Below, piece by piece: positions 39,867 to 48,119 of a stretch of 64,000 nt of DNA (the stretch's first letter is position 1; the number at the start of each line of letters is the position of its first letter). The position numbers were made by a program, and so were the translations under genes. The DNA comes from Fimbriimonadales bacterium (lineage in GTDB: Bacteria > Armatimonadota > Fimbriimonadia > Fimbriimonadales > ATM1). Location of the stretch: contig JBGTLG010000040.1 in NCBI GenBank assembly GCA_041744215.1, positions 1 through 64,000 on the forward strand, written 5' to 3'. Under the pieces are notes generated by a model. The model was given only the letters and a program-made list of their open reading frames with translations, ran no database searches and was not told where the DNA came from.

Positions 39867-40510
39867 TCGGGCTCTCCCGATTCTCGCTCAATGAACACGG
39901 CGACGACGCCATCGTGGACTGCAATCTGGATCTCGCCAGCGGTGGCTCTGTTGCTTACGCCATCGTTTTGGGCGAAGGCGAGGGGGAGGTTTTCGACCGG
40001 GAACTCCAGGCCGGTCGCGGTGACCCTCGCGGTCGGGACCGGGATGAGGGAGACGATGGCGTTCGGTTCGACGGAGAAGGTCTTGGCTGTTGTGACGATA
40101 TGGCAGGTCATCATCTCGAAGACGAAGCGGATGTTGGAGTCCGCGGCGTGCTTCGCCGCGACGCTGAAGGCTGAGAGCAGGTGGTCGACTCGGTCGCCCT
40201 CTGCTCCGAGGATGGCGATCTCTGTCGCTTTGAGCTCTTGCGTTGCAAAACGAAGGGATTTTTGAAAGTCGGTGGAGTTTTGGTCGGGATCTGGGAGAAA
40301 CGTTGCGCTTTGAAGGAAGTTTTGGAGGTCTGGGCGGATGCTGTCAAGGTCTCCGAGTACGGTGTGCGGCTCGAGTCCGGCGTCGGCAAGGGCATTTGCA
40401 CCTCCGTCTGCGGCGATGACGTGGTCTGCGGCTGCGACCCAGCTCGCAAGGAAGTTGGGGGGAATCCGGCCTCCATTGAGGACTATCAGCACGCGATCTT
40501 GGCGTTGCAT
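39860..40510 (-). CDS. thiN: Thiamine pyrophosphokinase
   Basis: AADGGAN, GDLDS, DQNSTDFQK, GDRVDH, GVSN. Confidence 0.9.
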   Translation of the reverse strand: MQRQDRVLIVLNGGRIPPNFLASWVAAADHVIAADGGANALADAGLEPHTVLGDLDSIRPDLQNFLQSATFLPDPDQNSTDFQKSLRFATQELKATEIAILGAEGDRVDHLLSAFSVAAKHAADSNIRFVFEMMTCHIVTTAKTFSVEPNAIVSLIPVPTARVTATGLEFPVENLPLAFAQNDGVSNRATAGEIQIAVHDGVVAVFIERESGEPDW

Positions 40511-40724
40511 TCTACGCAAGGATACTATCAATCGCTTGGTTGACTTACTTCGGTAACCGTTCAAGAATGAGCCGTGACTTTGGTTGTCGGTAGACGCTTG
40601 TCGGACGGAACTGAAGACGCGCAGGATACTTTGAAAAAAAAGAAAAAAAAGAAGGAAAGGAGGGAATTCAGCCGCGAATTTTCGGTGGAGCGCCGAGCGA
40701 TCTGTTGCGACCTGCAAGGATTAC

Positions 40725-40753
40725 GTGCAAACAGTTGGCAACACTTGTATAAT
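40725..40753 (+). promoter_or_regulatory. Sigma70-type promoter of dnaA
   Basis: GTGCAA-N17-TATAAT, 29 nt before ATG. Confidence 0.6.
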
Positions 40754-40782
40754 GGCGCTCCGCTCCCAAGAAGTCGGCTGAC

Positions 40783-42147
40783 ATGGATGATCAATTTACG
40801 TTCGACGAAGACCCTGAGATGACGAACCTTAAACGTAGCTTCTCGCAGGCCGTCTTGGCGATTAAGTCGCTCATGCCGACTCCTCAATTCGAAAAGTTCA
40901 TCAAGCCACTCGAGATTGTTGGCAGAGAAGAGCATCTGGTGTTCGTGTCTGCGCCAGGAAAATTCGTGCAGAGCTGGGTTCAGGATAAGTATCGCCGCCA
41001 GCTGGAGGAGTCGCTGTCGTCCGAATTAGGTGAGCGGGTTGAGATCGTGTTAGAGGCTCGCGTTCAAGTGCGAACTGCTGATGCTTCCGCATCGCAGCCG
41101 ACTTTGTTCTCGCCGCTCGTCGATTCCATCAATGCTGCATATACTTTTGAAAACTTCGTTATGGGCGACAGCAATCAGGTTGCGTGCAAGGGGAGCGAGG
41201 CAGTTGCGAACGATCCAGGAAAGTTTGCTAATCCGTTCTATATCTTTGGTCCAGTCGGCGTAGGCAAGACCCATCTCGCCTGGGCGGTTCACAATCGGGC
41301 GCAGTGCGGGCGGAAGAACGGGAGCGTGAGTTACACGACCGCGCACGAGTTCAGCCAGAGGTTCGTCGCTGCGTTGAAGTCGGGGACGATCCCGCAGTTT
41401 CACCGCTCGTTCGAATCGTGCCACTTGCTGATCATCGACGATATCGCGTTCGTCGAGCGCGGTGCGAAGTTTCAAGAGGAGCTTTTCCACCTATTCAATT
41501 CGTTTGTCACAAGCGGCCGGCAACTGGTCCTGTGCTCGGATCGGGCACCACGCGAGCTTCAAATAGAGGAGCGCTTGCGGTCCCGCATGGAAAGCGGTCT
41601 CGTGGCCGATATCCAGACTCCGGATACTACGCTCCGCAAGCGAATTCTGGAGGCGAGAGCCGACTCCGACGGAGTGACGTTGGATGCTGAGGTGTGCGAG
41701 TTTCTTGCAGTTTCGGTGCCGGGCAACATTCGGTCATTGATTGGAGCGTGGACTTCATTGAGTGTTTTTTCCAGCATCAGCGGGAAGCCGCTCGATTTGG
41801 AGCTAGCGAAGACCATTGTCGCGAACCAGTTCGGTCGCTTGGAGCCATCGCGGCCCTCGTCGGATCAGATCATTGATGCTGTGGCAAGAATTGCGTCGGT
41901 AACACGAGACGACCTCGTGGGCCCAGGCAGGCAAGCGTGGCTGACTCAACCTCGGCATTTGGCGATGTTTATGATTCGGGAGTTGCTCGATGAAAGTTGG
42001 AAGCGCATTGGTACGCATTTTGGAAATCGCGACCACTCATCGGTGATCCATGCCCACAAGAAGATCGAAGAGTTGTGTCGTTCTGATTCAGAAGTACAGG
42101 ACATGTATCGCCAAGCGAAGCGTGCGCTTGGGATAGATCCGGAGTAG
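40783..42147 (+). CDS. dnaA: Chromosomal replication initiator DnaA
   Basis: YTFENFV, GPVGVGKTHL, IIDDI, QEELFHLFN, RLRSR, GNRDHSSVIHA. Confidence 0.93.
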   Translation: MDDQFTFDEDPEMTNLKRSFSQAVLAIKSLMPTPQFEKFIKPLEIVGREEHLVFVSAPGKFVQSWVQDKYRRQLEESLSSELGERVEIVLEARVQVRTADASASQPTLFSPLVDSINAAYTFENFVMGDSNQVACKGSEAVANDPGKFANPFYIFGPVGVGKTHLAWAVHNRAQCGRKNGSVSYTTAHEFSQRFVAALKSGTIPQFHRSFESCHLLIIDDIAFVERGAKFQEELFHLFNSFVTSGRQLVLCSDRAPRELQIEERLRSRMESGLVADIQTPDTTLRKRILEARADSDGVTLDAEVCEFLAVSVPGNIRSLIGAWTSLSVFSSISGKPLDLELAKTIVANQFGRLEPSRPSSDQIIDAVARIASVTRDDLVGPGRQAWLTQPRHLAMFMIRELLDESWKRIGTHFGNRDHSSVIHAHKKIEELCRSDSEVQDMYRQAKRALGIDPE

Positions 42148-42153
42148 CGGGCG

Positions 42154-42900
42154 ATGATCCTCGGTACATGCACTTGGCAAGAAGTCCGTGACATCGACCG
42201 CGAAGTCGTGTGCATGATCCCGACCGGGAGCTTGGAGCAACACGGGCCGCACCTCCCACTGCTGACCGACACACTCCTCTCGACAAAAGTGTGCGAGTTG
42301 GCAGAGGCTCAGCGTCGAGAGTCTGTACTCCTCTACCCCGGCGTCTGGCTGGGCTGCAGTTCGCACCACATGGCGATGGCGGGAACTTGCACAGCGACTG
42401 TCGGTACTTACGTTGCGGTGTTGTCCGAAATCATCGAGTCGGCGCTAGCTCACGGCTTTCGCAAGTTCCTCGTGATCAACGGGCATGGCGGGAACACTGA
42501 AGCGAACGGGGTCGCGCTGCGCGAGTTGAAGGTGTTGTACGGCGACGCGGTCTTCGCCCATGCGGGCTACTATGCGCTGATCGCGAATGGCGGCGCTGAT
42601 ACGCTGAAGGGCCCGCTAAAGTCGATCCGGCACGCATGCGAAGCCGAAACATCGATGATGATGCACCTGTTCCCCGACTTGGTTCGCGTCGACCGTCTGC
42701 GGGACGATGGACTGACGGCTGATCCGCCGCCACCTGCAGGGCTAAATGTGATCCATCACTTTGACGAGATCACAGAGGCGGGCTCATGGGGTAGTGCGAC
42801 CTTCGCCGAGGCGGGGACCGGCCAGATCCTCATTGAGGCCGCCGTTTCGGGCGTCTGCCGGGCGATTGACCACCTTTGGGCCGGGTACGCCTTTAGGTGA
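42154..42900 (+). CDS. Creatininase family amidohydrolase
   Basis: GSLEQHGPHLP..TD, SSHH, NGHGGN, HACEAETS. Confidence 0.9.
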   Translation: MILGTCTWQEVRDIDREVVCMIPTGSLEQHGPHLPLLTDTLLSTKVCELAEAQRRESVLLYPGVWLGCSSHHMAMAGTCTATVGTYVAVLSEIIESALAHGFRKFLVINGHGGNTEANGVALRELKVLYGDAVFAHAGYYALIANGGADTLKGPLKSIRHACEAETSMMMHLFPDLVRVDRLRDDGLTADPPPPAGLNVIHHFDEITEAGSWGSATFAEAGTGQILIEAAVSGVCRAIDHLWAGYAFR

Positions 42901-43037
42901 CTTCAAAAAAAAGTGGCCCAAAAAGTGCAAATCCGGGTTATAATGCGTCTGTGTGAGAAGTGGTTCTCCGAGCTTGGAGAACCCTTACTGAACGGTTAGA
43001 TTGCTTGTATCAACGCAATAGTAGGAGGCATCAAAAG

Positions 43038-43925
43038 ATGACTAAGAGAGCATTCACGCTCATTGAGCTGCTCGTCGTGATCGCAATCATCGCGATCCTG
43101 GCGGCAATTCTTTTCCCTGTGTTCGCCACTGCCAAGGAGAAAGCTAAGCAAACCTCTTGCCTTAGCAATACTCGCCAGTGGGGATCCGCGTTCCAACTGT
43201 ACTTGGGCGACCATGACGACACTTGGCCGTTGGCTATGTCGATCACCGGCACGACCTACCGATGGAACTTCAACCACGCAGTGCCCGCCGAATGGCGCAC
43301 TGACCAAGGTCCTCAGTACGCCGAGGAGATGCGCGTTCACTGGTCTAACGCCATGCAGAGCTACATCCAGAACTACGGCATCTACGAGTGTCCCTCGATG
43401 CCTGAGTTTCGGCACGCTGTGACGTATACCGGGCTCACCGGCCCACGTCCGCGCCGCGTCGGCTACTCGTACAACGGTCTGTTGCACCAGTACAACGCTT
43501 CTGGCGTTGTTTCTCCATCAGAGCTAATCGTACTTTGGGAGGGCCGCGGAAAGGCTGCATCGCTTGGATTCGCCCTTTCGAACCCAACGTTGCGTTGCGA
43601 CTTCGCGACGACGAGTACAACTCCGTGCATCTACCGGCCGGGAACGACTCCGACATCCGCGATGTTCACTCGCAACGGCACGAACTACATCCATAACAGG
43701 GGCCTGAACTCGACGTTCGGCGACAGCCACGCCAAGTGGCGCCGCGTTGGCGCGCAGACGGTCGGACCTCCGCCGCCAACCTCTTGTGGACCTCCGTTCA
43801 CGGACTGGAGCGTCGACATGTCGACTGGATATGCTACCAACGGTGTAAACCTGTGTAGCTGGGTCAGCGCGTCGGGCCACCACTGGCTCTATCGACCTGA
43901 CTACGACTTCAGCCTACGACCGTAG
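43038..43925 (+). CDS. Prepilin-type N-terminal cleavage/methylation protein (DUF1559-like)
   Basis: [26 protein letters not shown]-terminal H-x9-DS variant; RBS AGGAGG. Confidence 0.9.
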   Translation: MTKRAFTLIELLVVIAIIAILAAILFPVFATAKEKAKQTSCLSNTRQWGSAFQLYLGDHDDTWPLAMSITGTTYRWNFNHAVPAEWRTDQGPQYAEEMRVHWSNAMQSYIQNYGIYECPSMPEFRHAVTYTGLTGPRPRRVGYSYNGLLHQYNASGVVSPSELIVLWEGRGKAASLGFALSNPTLRCDFATTSTTPCIYRPGTTPTSAMFTRNGTNYIHNRGLNSTFGDSHAKWRRVGAQTVGPPPPTSCGPPFTDWSVDMSTGYATNGVNLCSWVSASGHHWLYRPDYDFSLRP

Positions 43926-43945
43926 GATCTGAGTCTCGACGCAAT

Positions 43946-43984
43946 TCGACCCTAGGCGCCTCGCCTGGGGTCGAGTGCTTTTTT
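43946..43984 (+). terminator. Rho-independent terminator
   Basis: TCGACCCTAGGCG / CGCCTGGGGTCGA then T-run. Confidence 0.7.
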
Positions 43985-44018
43985 GACCCTGGCAAGAAGG
44001 TGGCGGTATGCTCGTCTG

Positions 44019-44750
44019 GTGCTTAGCGTTCTACTTCAATCCGCGTTGACGCTCCAGAATACGGTCGGGTCCTTCTCGGGGTTGCCGGGCTACGCTGGGC
44101 CACCTGCGATGGTGCTGGGAATGCGAACCCATACCGTCACGGCGGAGGTAACTCGCCGGGGACAGACGGTCAAGTCGGTCAGCCAAATCAAGAACTACAC
44201 CAAGGAAACTGGAGAAATCACGATCTTCCTTCCGAGCAATGTTCGCACAGGAACCACCGTTTCTGCGCGGAACGGAGTACTTGGCACCGTTCGCGCCACC
44301 TGGGATGGCGAGCCCGTCACTTTCGCACTTGACCCTGAACGGTTGAACGAGATCGCGACTCCAACTGAGTTCAGCTTCGACGGCAAACTCCGCGCGACCG
44401 TTGTTGTGAAGCCGGAGGGCACTCACAACCTGACTGTGGAGTACAAGAGTCTGCTTGCGTCGACGTTTGCTGAAGATCTCCAAACGTTCGCTTACGATGT
44501 TCGTTTCGCTCCACATTGGCGACACGGCCCCATCGAACAGCTGAGCCTCTCGCTCAGATACCAGCAATTGCCAGACGGGCAGTCGGCGGTCTTCGCTGTT
44601 GACACGACCTACCCACGCGGCTGGCAGGTTGGGAATGCGATCGGACCCGGCCAGCAAGGTGCGTATTTCGGCGCGAGGGACTTTCAGGTGGGTGAGGTGC
44701 TCAACGAGCGTCGTCCCATCACCTTCACCTACTACGCTGGCGGTTTCTAA
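44019..44750 (+). CDS. Hypothetical secreted protein
   Basis: TTGACC-N18-TATGCT promoter ending 6 nt before GTG 44019. Confidence 0.65.
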   Translation: MLSVLLQSALTLQNTVGSFSGLPGYAGPPAMVLGMRTHTVTAEVTRRGQTVKSVSQIKNYTKETGEITIFLPSNVRTGTTVSARNGVLGTVRATWDGEPVTFALDPERLNEIATPTEFSFDGKLRATVVVKPEGTHNLTVEYKSLLASTFAEDLQTFAYDVRFAPHWRHGPIEQLSLSLRYQQLPDGQSAVFAVDTTYPRGWQVGNAIGPGQQGAYFGARDFQVGEVLNERRPITFTYYAGGF

Positions 44751-44797
44751 GAAAGGACCGGTGACGCCGGCCCACAAGCACGCGTCATCCACTCACA

Positions 44798-44896
44798 TCA
44801 GTTGCCAAAGACGAACAGCCACAAGAGAAGGATGACGACCAGGGCGACAACTCCGATGATCGCATAGAACACCTGGGGTGACACTTCATTCTGCAT
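44798..44896 (-). CDS. 32-aa single-TM small protein (not in ORF track)
   Basis: MQNEVSPQVFYAIIGVVALVVILLLWLFVFGN, 50 nt downstream of tgt. Confidence 0.6.
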   Translation of the reverse strand: MQNEVSPQVFYAIIGVVALVVILLLWLFVFGN

Positions 44897-44946
44897 AGGA
44901 TTTCAAATCTACCCAATCGAGAAGCGCGATTTGGACGAAGGCCCGC

Positions 44947-46062
44947 TCATGCCTCCCTCCTCACGGTTCGTTCCGCGTTCTCGTACCGCCGCTCCAGCTG
45001 ATCCCAAGTGTCGTGCACAATCGCGTCACGAATCTCTCTCATCAGCCGTGCGTAAAACGCGAGATTGTGGATCGTCGCAAGACGTGCGCCCAGCGGCTCA
45101 GAGGCCATGAACAAATGGCGGATGTACGCCGCCGAGTAACCCTCGAGACCCTCAAAGACGCTACGTTCATCGAACGGGCCGTTGTGGTGCGTCCACCGCG
45201 CGTTCGTTGCGTTAACTATTCCGCCGAGGGTGTACAGCGCATGGTGCCTCGCCAAACGAGTCGGAAGCACGCAATCAAACAGATCTACGCCGCACTTGAC
45301 AGCATGAAGTATATCTTTTGGGTGGCCGACGCCCATTAGATATCGCGGCTTCTCGGGCGGCAACAACGGCGCAGTGAAGGCGACTACTGGATGCTGCAAT
45401 TCTGTCGGCTCGCCAACACTCACGCCTCCGATAGCGACCCCTGCGAACGGCAACGACGCGATGTGATCTGCCGACTCGCGGCGCAGGTCCTCATAAACTC
45501 CGCCCTGTACGATGCCGAAGACGGATTGCGACTCGCCGCGTGCGGCGAGGTTTCGAGGAGCCCATCGATGAGTTCGGTGCATCGCCTCTTCTACTTCAGC
45601 GCGTTCGGCGGGATACGGCGCGCAAACGTCGAGCGCCATCGAGACATCAACGCCGAGCGCACGTTGGATCTCGATCGCCCTCTCGGGGGTTAGCCGAATC
45701 TCAAGCCCGTCGATGTGCGACCGGAACACGACACCTTCCTCCGAGACTTCTCGATGCTTGGCCAAGCTCATGACCTGGTATCCGCCGCTGTCGGTTAGGA
45801 TCGGCTTCTGCCAATTCATAAACCTGTGCAGGCCGCCTAACTCTGCGATGGTTTCCTCGCCCGGTCTCAGGTGAAGGTGGTAAGTGTTGGCCAAGACCAT
45901 TTCAAAACCCAAGCCCGCGACTTCCTGCGAAGTGAGCGTTTTGACCGAGCCCTGCGTGCCGACGGGCATAAATGCAGGCGTCGTGACCTCCCCGTGCGGC
46001 AGGGCCAACTTTCCAAGCCGTGCACTGTTCGTCAGGGAGCGCTGGAGGACTTCGAACTGCAT
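44947..46062 (-). CDS. tgt: tRNA-guanine transglycosylase
   Basis: TPAFMPVGT, NTYHL, TDSGGYQ, GIVQGG, RYLMGVG, DCVLPTR. Confidence 0.96.
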   Translation of the reverse strand: MQFEVLQRSLTNSARLGKLALPHGEVTTPAFMPVGTQGSVKTLTSQEVAGLGFEMVLANTYHLHLRPGEETIAELGGLHRFMNWQKPILTDSGGYQVMSLAKHREVSEEGVVFRSHIDGLEIRLTPERAIEIQRALGVDVSMALDVCAPYPAERAEVEEAMHRTHRWAPRNLAARGESQSVFGIVQGGVYEDLRRESADHIASLPFAGVAIGGVSVGEPTELQHPVVAFTAPLLPPEKPRYLMGVGHPKDILHAVKCGVDLFDCVLPTRLARHHALYTLGGIVNATNARWTHHNGPFDERSVFEGLEGYSAAYIRHLFMASEPLGARLATIHNLAFYARLMREIRDAIVHDTWDQLERRYENAERTVRREA

Positions 46063-46124
46063 CGGAATCAGAGAATACGCGATTGGTCAGAGACTGTGTG
46101 GCGAGAGGGTGCGATAATGGCAGT

Positions 46125-47111
46125 GTGACTCTTAGCCTTGCGTTAGCCGTGATGGTCAGTGCGGTCCAAACAGGCCGCGTCGATCTGCCGCCGATCGAGC
46201 TGTTGAGGACTCTCGACGACGAAGGAGTGAGTTACTTCGTTACTGCCGCCGGATCCAGCGAAGGGATTCGCCTCAAGATGTTGGCCGATCCAGCCAGAAG
46301 GGCTGTCTCGCCGGAAGAACTGTTCGACCTGCTGTTTCTGGGGCACGAGATACCTGGGCTTCGCTCTGGCGCGAGCAGTGCAGACGCACCACATACTCTT
46401 GCGGCGATTGACTCTGTTTCCGGCCGCATCGAACGGACGTTTGTCCAATATTCGGCTGATGCAAAGGCTGCAAGTCAAAGTGTGTTGATGACTATTCGGT
46501 CGGAAGTGTTCTCGGTGCCTGCAATGGCAGAAAAGCAGTCTCTGAGGGATGGGCTTGTGCGCAGCAAACGAAAGATCGGTGACGAGTCGTTCGAGTCCGG
46601 CCCAGACCGACTGTTGTTTCGATCCGGAAGAGTTTGGAGCGAAGTGCGATCCTCCGGCGAGGGCGGACCCGCAGCGACTCCCCGCGAAGGGCGCGACGCC
46701 ATTGCGATTGCTCTCGATTTCAGAATCAGCCGGATCGCTGGGCTTGGCGGAGTTCCTGCCACGAAGGCTCAGCTGTTTCTGGCCTCTGATGCGACCGCCA
46801 TTGGCGAAGGGTTCGAGTATCGCGGTGAGATACTTGCCTCCCTGGACACGTTAGCGGAGTTGGGTGTCGAACTTGAGCTTGTCTGTGACAGAGTGCACTG
46901 GCGCGCATCACTAAAGCGTGGCGGACGGCGAGTTCATGTAGAGGCGTACTCTTGGACGATTGCTGATGTGACTGGCGAGCGCACGATGAAGACGCCAGCT
47001 ATCGTTTACGGGGGCGAACTCCTGGTCCCGCTATTGGAAGTTTGCGGCGCGCTCGCGATGAAAATCGACAAGCGCGCCGGTGGTTACTTTGTCACGTTGG
47101 ATGACGATTAG
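46125..47111 (+). CDS. Hypothetical secreted protein with C-terminal stalk-like domain
   Basis: GATAAT 6 nt before GTG; C-terminal GELLVPL.EVCGAL. Confidence 0.6.
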   Translation: MTLSLALAVMVSAVQTGRVDLPPIELLRTLDDEGVSYFVTAAGSSEGIRLKMLADPARRAVSPEELFDLLFLGHEIPGLRSGASSADAPHTLAAIDSVSGRIERTFVQYSADAKAASQSVLMTIRSEVFSVPAMAEKQSLRDGLVRSKRKIGDESFESGPDRLLFRSGRVWSEVRSSGEGGPAATPREGRDAIAIALDFRISRIAGLGGVPATKAQLFLASDATAIGEGFEYRGEILASLDTLAELGVELELVCDRVHWRASLKRGGRRVHVEAYSWTIADVTGERTMKTPAIVYGGELLVPLLEVCGALAMKIDKRAGGYFVTLDDD

Positions 47112-48055
47112 TTGTTGATGGCAATGTGGACGATTCCGCCAACCATGCTGCCATCGGCGTTCCGGATTGCGATCTTCTGTCGGATCGTTGCTTCGAAAAG
47201 CGGTTCACCAACCAGGACCTCTTGTCCTGAGTCCGGCTTGATAAGGACTTGGGCCGTGCGTTGCGGGCCAGCTGTTGCGGTCGCAGCTGCGCGCACTGCC
47301 TCGATCGTGAGCTTGCTTCCGTCGAAGACGTAAGGGCTCTCCTCTGCCTTCATCCCGTCGGCCATGGCGAGGAACACCGTCGCTGCGGCGTCAACTCGCT
47401 CTGTAGCGGCCAACACCTCTGGCGTGATTTCGAATGAGAAACGATTGGTTTCCTCAGTCGATTTCTGCACGACCGCTTCATTCACGCCTTCTATCGGATA
47501 CGCGGGGAAGAAGGTCAGTTCGTGCGTTTCCCTGATGCCTGCGTCCGGGCAGCTGAACCAGCCGCTCGCTAGGACGGGAGATACCGAGTACATCATCGAT
47601 ACATCGAGGTTTCCGCTACCGGAGCCTTCGATCACTAACGACCACTTCTTGTCGCTTTCGACCAACCTTGCGCCGTCAAGCACGAATTTTGCGGGAGTCT
47701 CAGGATCGTCGGTCGATGCCGAAACACGAAAAACGAGGTACCCGGAAAGGCGACCCATCTTATTCGCGGGGAATGCGAGATAGGCCTCTTGCACTTCAGA
47801 CACGTCTTCGGCGGCGGTATTGGGCTGAATCACAGCCCCAGCAGCCTCGTTAGCGCTGAGCTTCTTCGTTAGGTCGGATAAAAGGGTTTGCGAGACGAGG
47901 CACCCGGAGGCCTCCTTCGTCATAATGAGGTACGCATGGGATGGGGCATGCGATGGACTGCCTGATTGCGGTGTTTCGCCTCCTGGCGGCTGCTGGGAGC
48001 ACCCGACAGCGAGGAGGACGATGGCCAATATTGCTGGTAAGTTGATGATTGTCAT
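47108..48055 (-). CDS. Hypothetical lipoprotein
   Basis: Lipobox AVGC; start 48055 or 48067. Confidence 0.7.
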   Translation of the reverse strand: MTIINLPAILAIVLLAVGCSQQPPGGETPQSGSPSHAPSHAYLIMTKEASGCLVSQTLLSDLTKKLSANEAAGAVIQPNTAAEDVSEVQEAYLAFPANKMGRLSGYLVFRVSASTDDPETPAKFVLDGARLVESDKKWSLVIEGSGSGNLDVSMMYSVSPVLASGWFSCPDAGIRETHELTFFPAYPIEGVNEAVVQKSTEETNRFSFEITPEVLAATERVDAAATVFLAMADGMKAEESPYVFDGSKLTIEAVRAAATATAGPQRTAQVLIKPDSGQEVLVGEPLFEATIRQKIAIRNADGSMVGGIVHIAINN

Positions 48056-48075
48056 TGCTGTCTCCATAAGTGTTC

Positions 48076-48113
48076 GCTCCGCCCGTGATCGTTCACGGGC
48101 GGAGCAGTTTTTT
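48076..48113 (+). terminator. Perfect 13-bp hairpin with T6 tail on + strand
   Basis: GCTCCGCCCGTGA-tcgt-TCACGGGCGGAGC-ag-TTTTTT. Confidence 0.7.
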
Positions 48114-48119
48114 GGCAGG

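Noticed and set aside
40511..40720. TPP riboswitch upstream of thiN
   Set aside because: No TPP aptamer core (CUGAGA) on the minus strand; a -10 box lies close to the start codon
40511..40935. Poly-Phe / poly-Lys ORFs and long thiN extension
   Set aside because: Artefacts of translating the non-coding A-tract
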